Source: an uncultured Pelagibacteraceae bacterium (lineage in GTDB: Bacteria > Pseudomonadota > Alphaproteobacteria > Pelagibacterales > Pelagibacteraceae). Taken from it: a stretch of DNA of 64,000 nt. Positions within the stretch are counted from its first letter, which is position 1. Each line of letters opens with the position of its first letter. This document shows positions 62,696 through 64,000 of the stretch, in pieces. A program made the position numbers and the translations under genes. The notes beneath the pieces are model-generated. The model was not told where the DNA came from, searched no databases, and saw only the letters and a list, made by a program, of their open reading frames with translations. Location of the stretch: NCBI GenBank assembly GCA_902590915.1, contig CACIYQ010000005.1:569-64568 (forward strand), read 5' to 3'.

Positions 62696-62734
62696 ATAAA
62701 TATAAGATTAATAGTAAATGATAAATTTATAAAA

Positions 62735-63361
62735 TTATAAATTTTTTTTTTTATGTAAAATAGCAATAATACTTTTTTGAATATTTTCGCTTATTTTTAT
62801 TGTTCCTTGCAGGTTAGGATGTATTCCGTCTTGTTGATTTAAACTTGGGTTAAGTGCCACACCCTCTAAAAGAAAAGGTATAAATTGTAAATTATGCTTC
62901 TTAGATAATTTTGGATAGATGGCATCAAAGTCTTTCTTATATTTTGCTCCATGTGTTGTTGGAGCAATCATGCCAGCTAAAATTATTTCTATTTCTTTTT
63001 CTTTTGCAATTTTTATTATTTGTTCTAAATTTTTTTTTGTTTCATCTGGCTGAATTCCTCTAAGCATATCATTTGCGCCCATTCCTAAAATAATAAGATC
63101 TATCCCTGTATCTGATAAACTCCACTCTGCCCTATTTAATCCACCTGAAGATGTGCTGCCTGAAACACTTCCATTTATAACTTGAATATTAAATCCAGCT
63201 TGTTTTAAATTATTCTCTAAAACTGAGGATAAATGATGTTCTTTAGGTAAGCCATAACCAGCCATTAAGCTGTCTCCGAATAATACTACCTTTTCTATTG
63301 CACTTGCGTTTATGTGCACTAGAAAGATTAACAAAATTTTTATAAATAAACTTTTATTCAT
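62735..63361 (-). CDS. tesA: SGNH arylesterase/thioesterase (TesA-like; likely start ATG 63361)
   Basis: FGDSL, GAND and DGIHPN motifs. Confidence 0.88.
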   Translation of the reverse strand: MNKSLFIKILLIFLVHINASAIEKVVLFGDSLMAGYGLPKEHHLSSVLENNLKQAGFNIQVINGSVSGSTSSGGLNRAEWSLSDTGIDLIILGMGANDMLRGIQPDETKKNLEQIIKIAKEKEIEIILAGMIAPTTHGAKYKKDFDAIYPKLSKKHNLQFIPFLLEGVALNPSLNQQDGIHPNLQGTIKISENIQKSIIAILHKKKNL

Positions 63362-64000
63362 GTCCACACTTCTAAGATTAAGAAAAATAAATCTTAAATA
63401 TCAAACTGGCAAAGACAATATCAGAGTTTTAAAAAATATAGATTTAAATATTAAGAAAAAAGAAACGGTTTCAGTTGTTGGTGAAAGTGGTTCAGGAAAA
63501 ACTAGTTTAATAATGCTAGTTGGTGGATTGGAGAAGCCAACCTCTGGAAAGATTATTTTCCAAAATCAAGAAATTACAAGCCTTAATGAGGATGAAGTAT
63601 CAGAAATTAGAAAAAAAAATATTGGAATTGTATTTCAATCCTTTTATTTGATCCCAAATTATACTGCAGTTGAAAATGTTGCTTTAACACTAGAACTAAA
63701 TAATTTTAAAAATCCTGAAAAAGAAGCAAAGATTTTGTTAGATCGTTTTGGTTTAAAACATCGTTTTAATAACCTTCCAAGTCAATTATCTGGTGGCGAG
63801 CAGCAAAGAGTAGCCATAGCAAGAGCAATTGCTATGAAACCCGAATTGATTTTAGCTGATGAACCAACTGGTAATTTAGATACCGAGAACTCTACATTGA
63901 TTTCAAATATATTGTTTAAATATGTAAAAGAAGAAGGTTCTTCTTTAATTATGGTAACCCATGATCCCAAACTTGCAGATAAAGCAAAAAGAAAAATTAA
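63360..64000 (+). CDS. ABC transporter ATP-binding protein (YbbA/LolD-like; runs off the window)
   Basis: Manual translation MSTLLRLRK...GESGSGKTS...[14 protein letters not shown]...[10 protein letters not shown]...VTHD. Confidence 0.92.
   Translation, partial: MSTLLRLRKINLKYQTGKDNIRVLKNIDLNIKKKETVSVVGESGSGKTSLIMLVGGLEKPTSGKIIFQNQEITSLNEDEVSEIRKKNIGIVFQSFYLIPNYTAVENVALTLELNNFKNPEKEAKILLDRFGLKHRFNNLPSQLSGGEQQRVAIARAIAMKPELILADEPTGNLDTENSTLISNILFKYVKEEGSSLIMVTHDPKLADKAKRKI

Noticed and set aside
27036-63970. Other nested ORFs in the track (27036, 29501, 30117, 33737, 37342, 39120, 41093, 41871, 42086, 43370, 45586, 49459, 52097, 53668, 54299-55366, 58636, 59608, 59673, 63782)
   Set aside because: They overlap confidently assigned genes; antisense open frames are expected from codon bias

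Overview
Very AT-rich, tightly packed alphaproteobacterial chromosome segment. Gene content, order and minimal spacers point to Pelagibacterales (SAR11); this is inferred, not database-confirmed. From left to right: the nuoA-N operon (minus strand, nuoN cut by the window edge), tRNA-Asp and tRNA-Val, lon-clpX-clpP-tig, tRNA-Leu, and a patch of small or unknown ORFs. Next is an approximately 19 kb organosulfonate-catabolism and sulfite-handling neighbourhood: TRAP transporter, IseJ/BetA-like GMC oxidoreductase, HpsO-like SDR, xsc, suyAB, YeiH and TauE exporters, aprMBA and an adjacent HIT protein. The rest holds pabBAC-like genes, metC, mnmA, cysQ, recX, bcp, amtB (no glnK beside it), HU, rseP, yajQ, a DEAD-box helicase, SRAP, tesA and an ABC ATPase. 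No CRISPR, integrase or transposase was seen. The best leads are: (1) a three-hairpin RNA with CU-rich loops in the amtB 3' UTR that can pair with the ribosome-binding site of the TRAP binding-protein gene; (2) a possible Sat-independent sulfite to APS to sulfate route through the HIT protein; (3) a plus-strand structured RNA between lon and tRNA-Val; (4) a 27-aa hyper-basic micro-protein; (5) NrdR-box-like sites before clpX and hup; (6) several unannotated small proteins.
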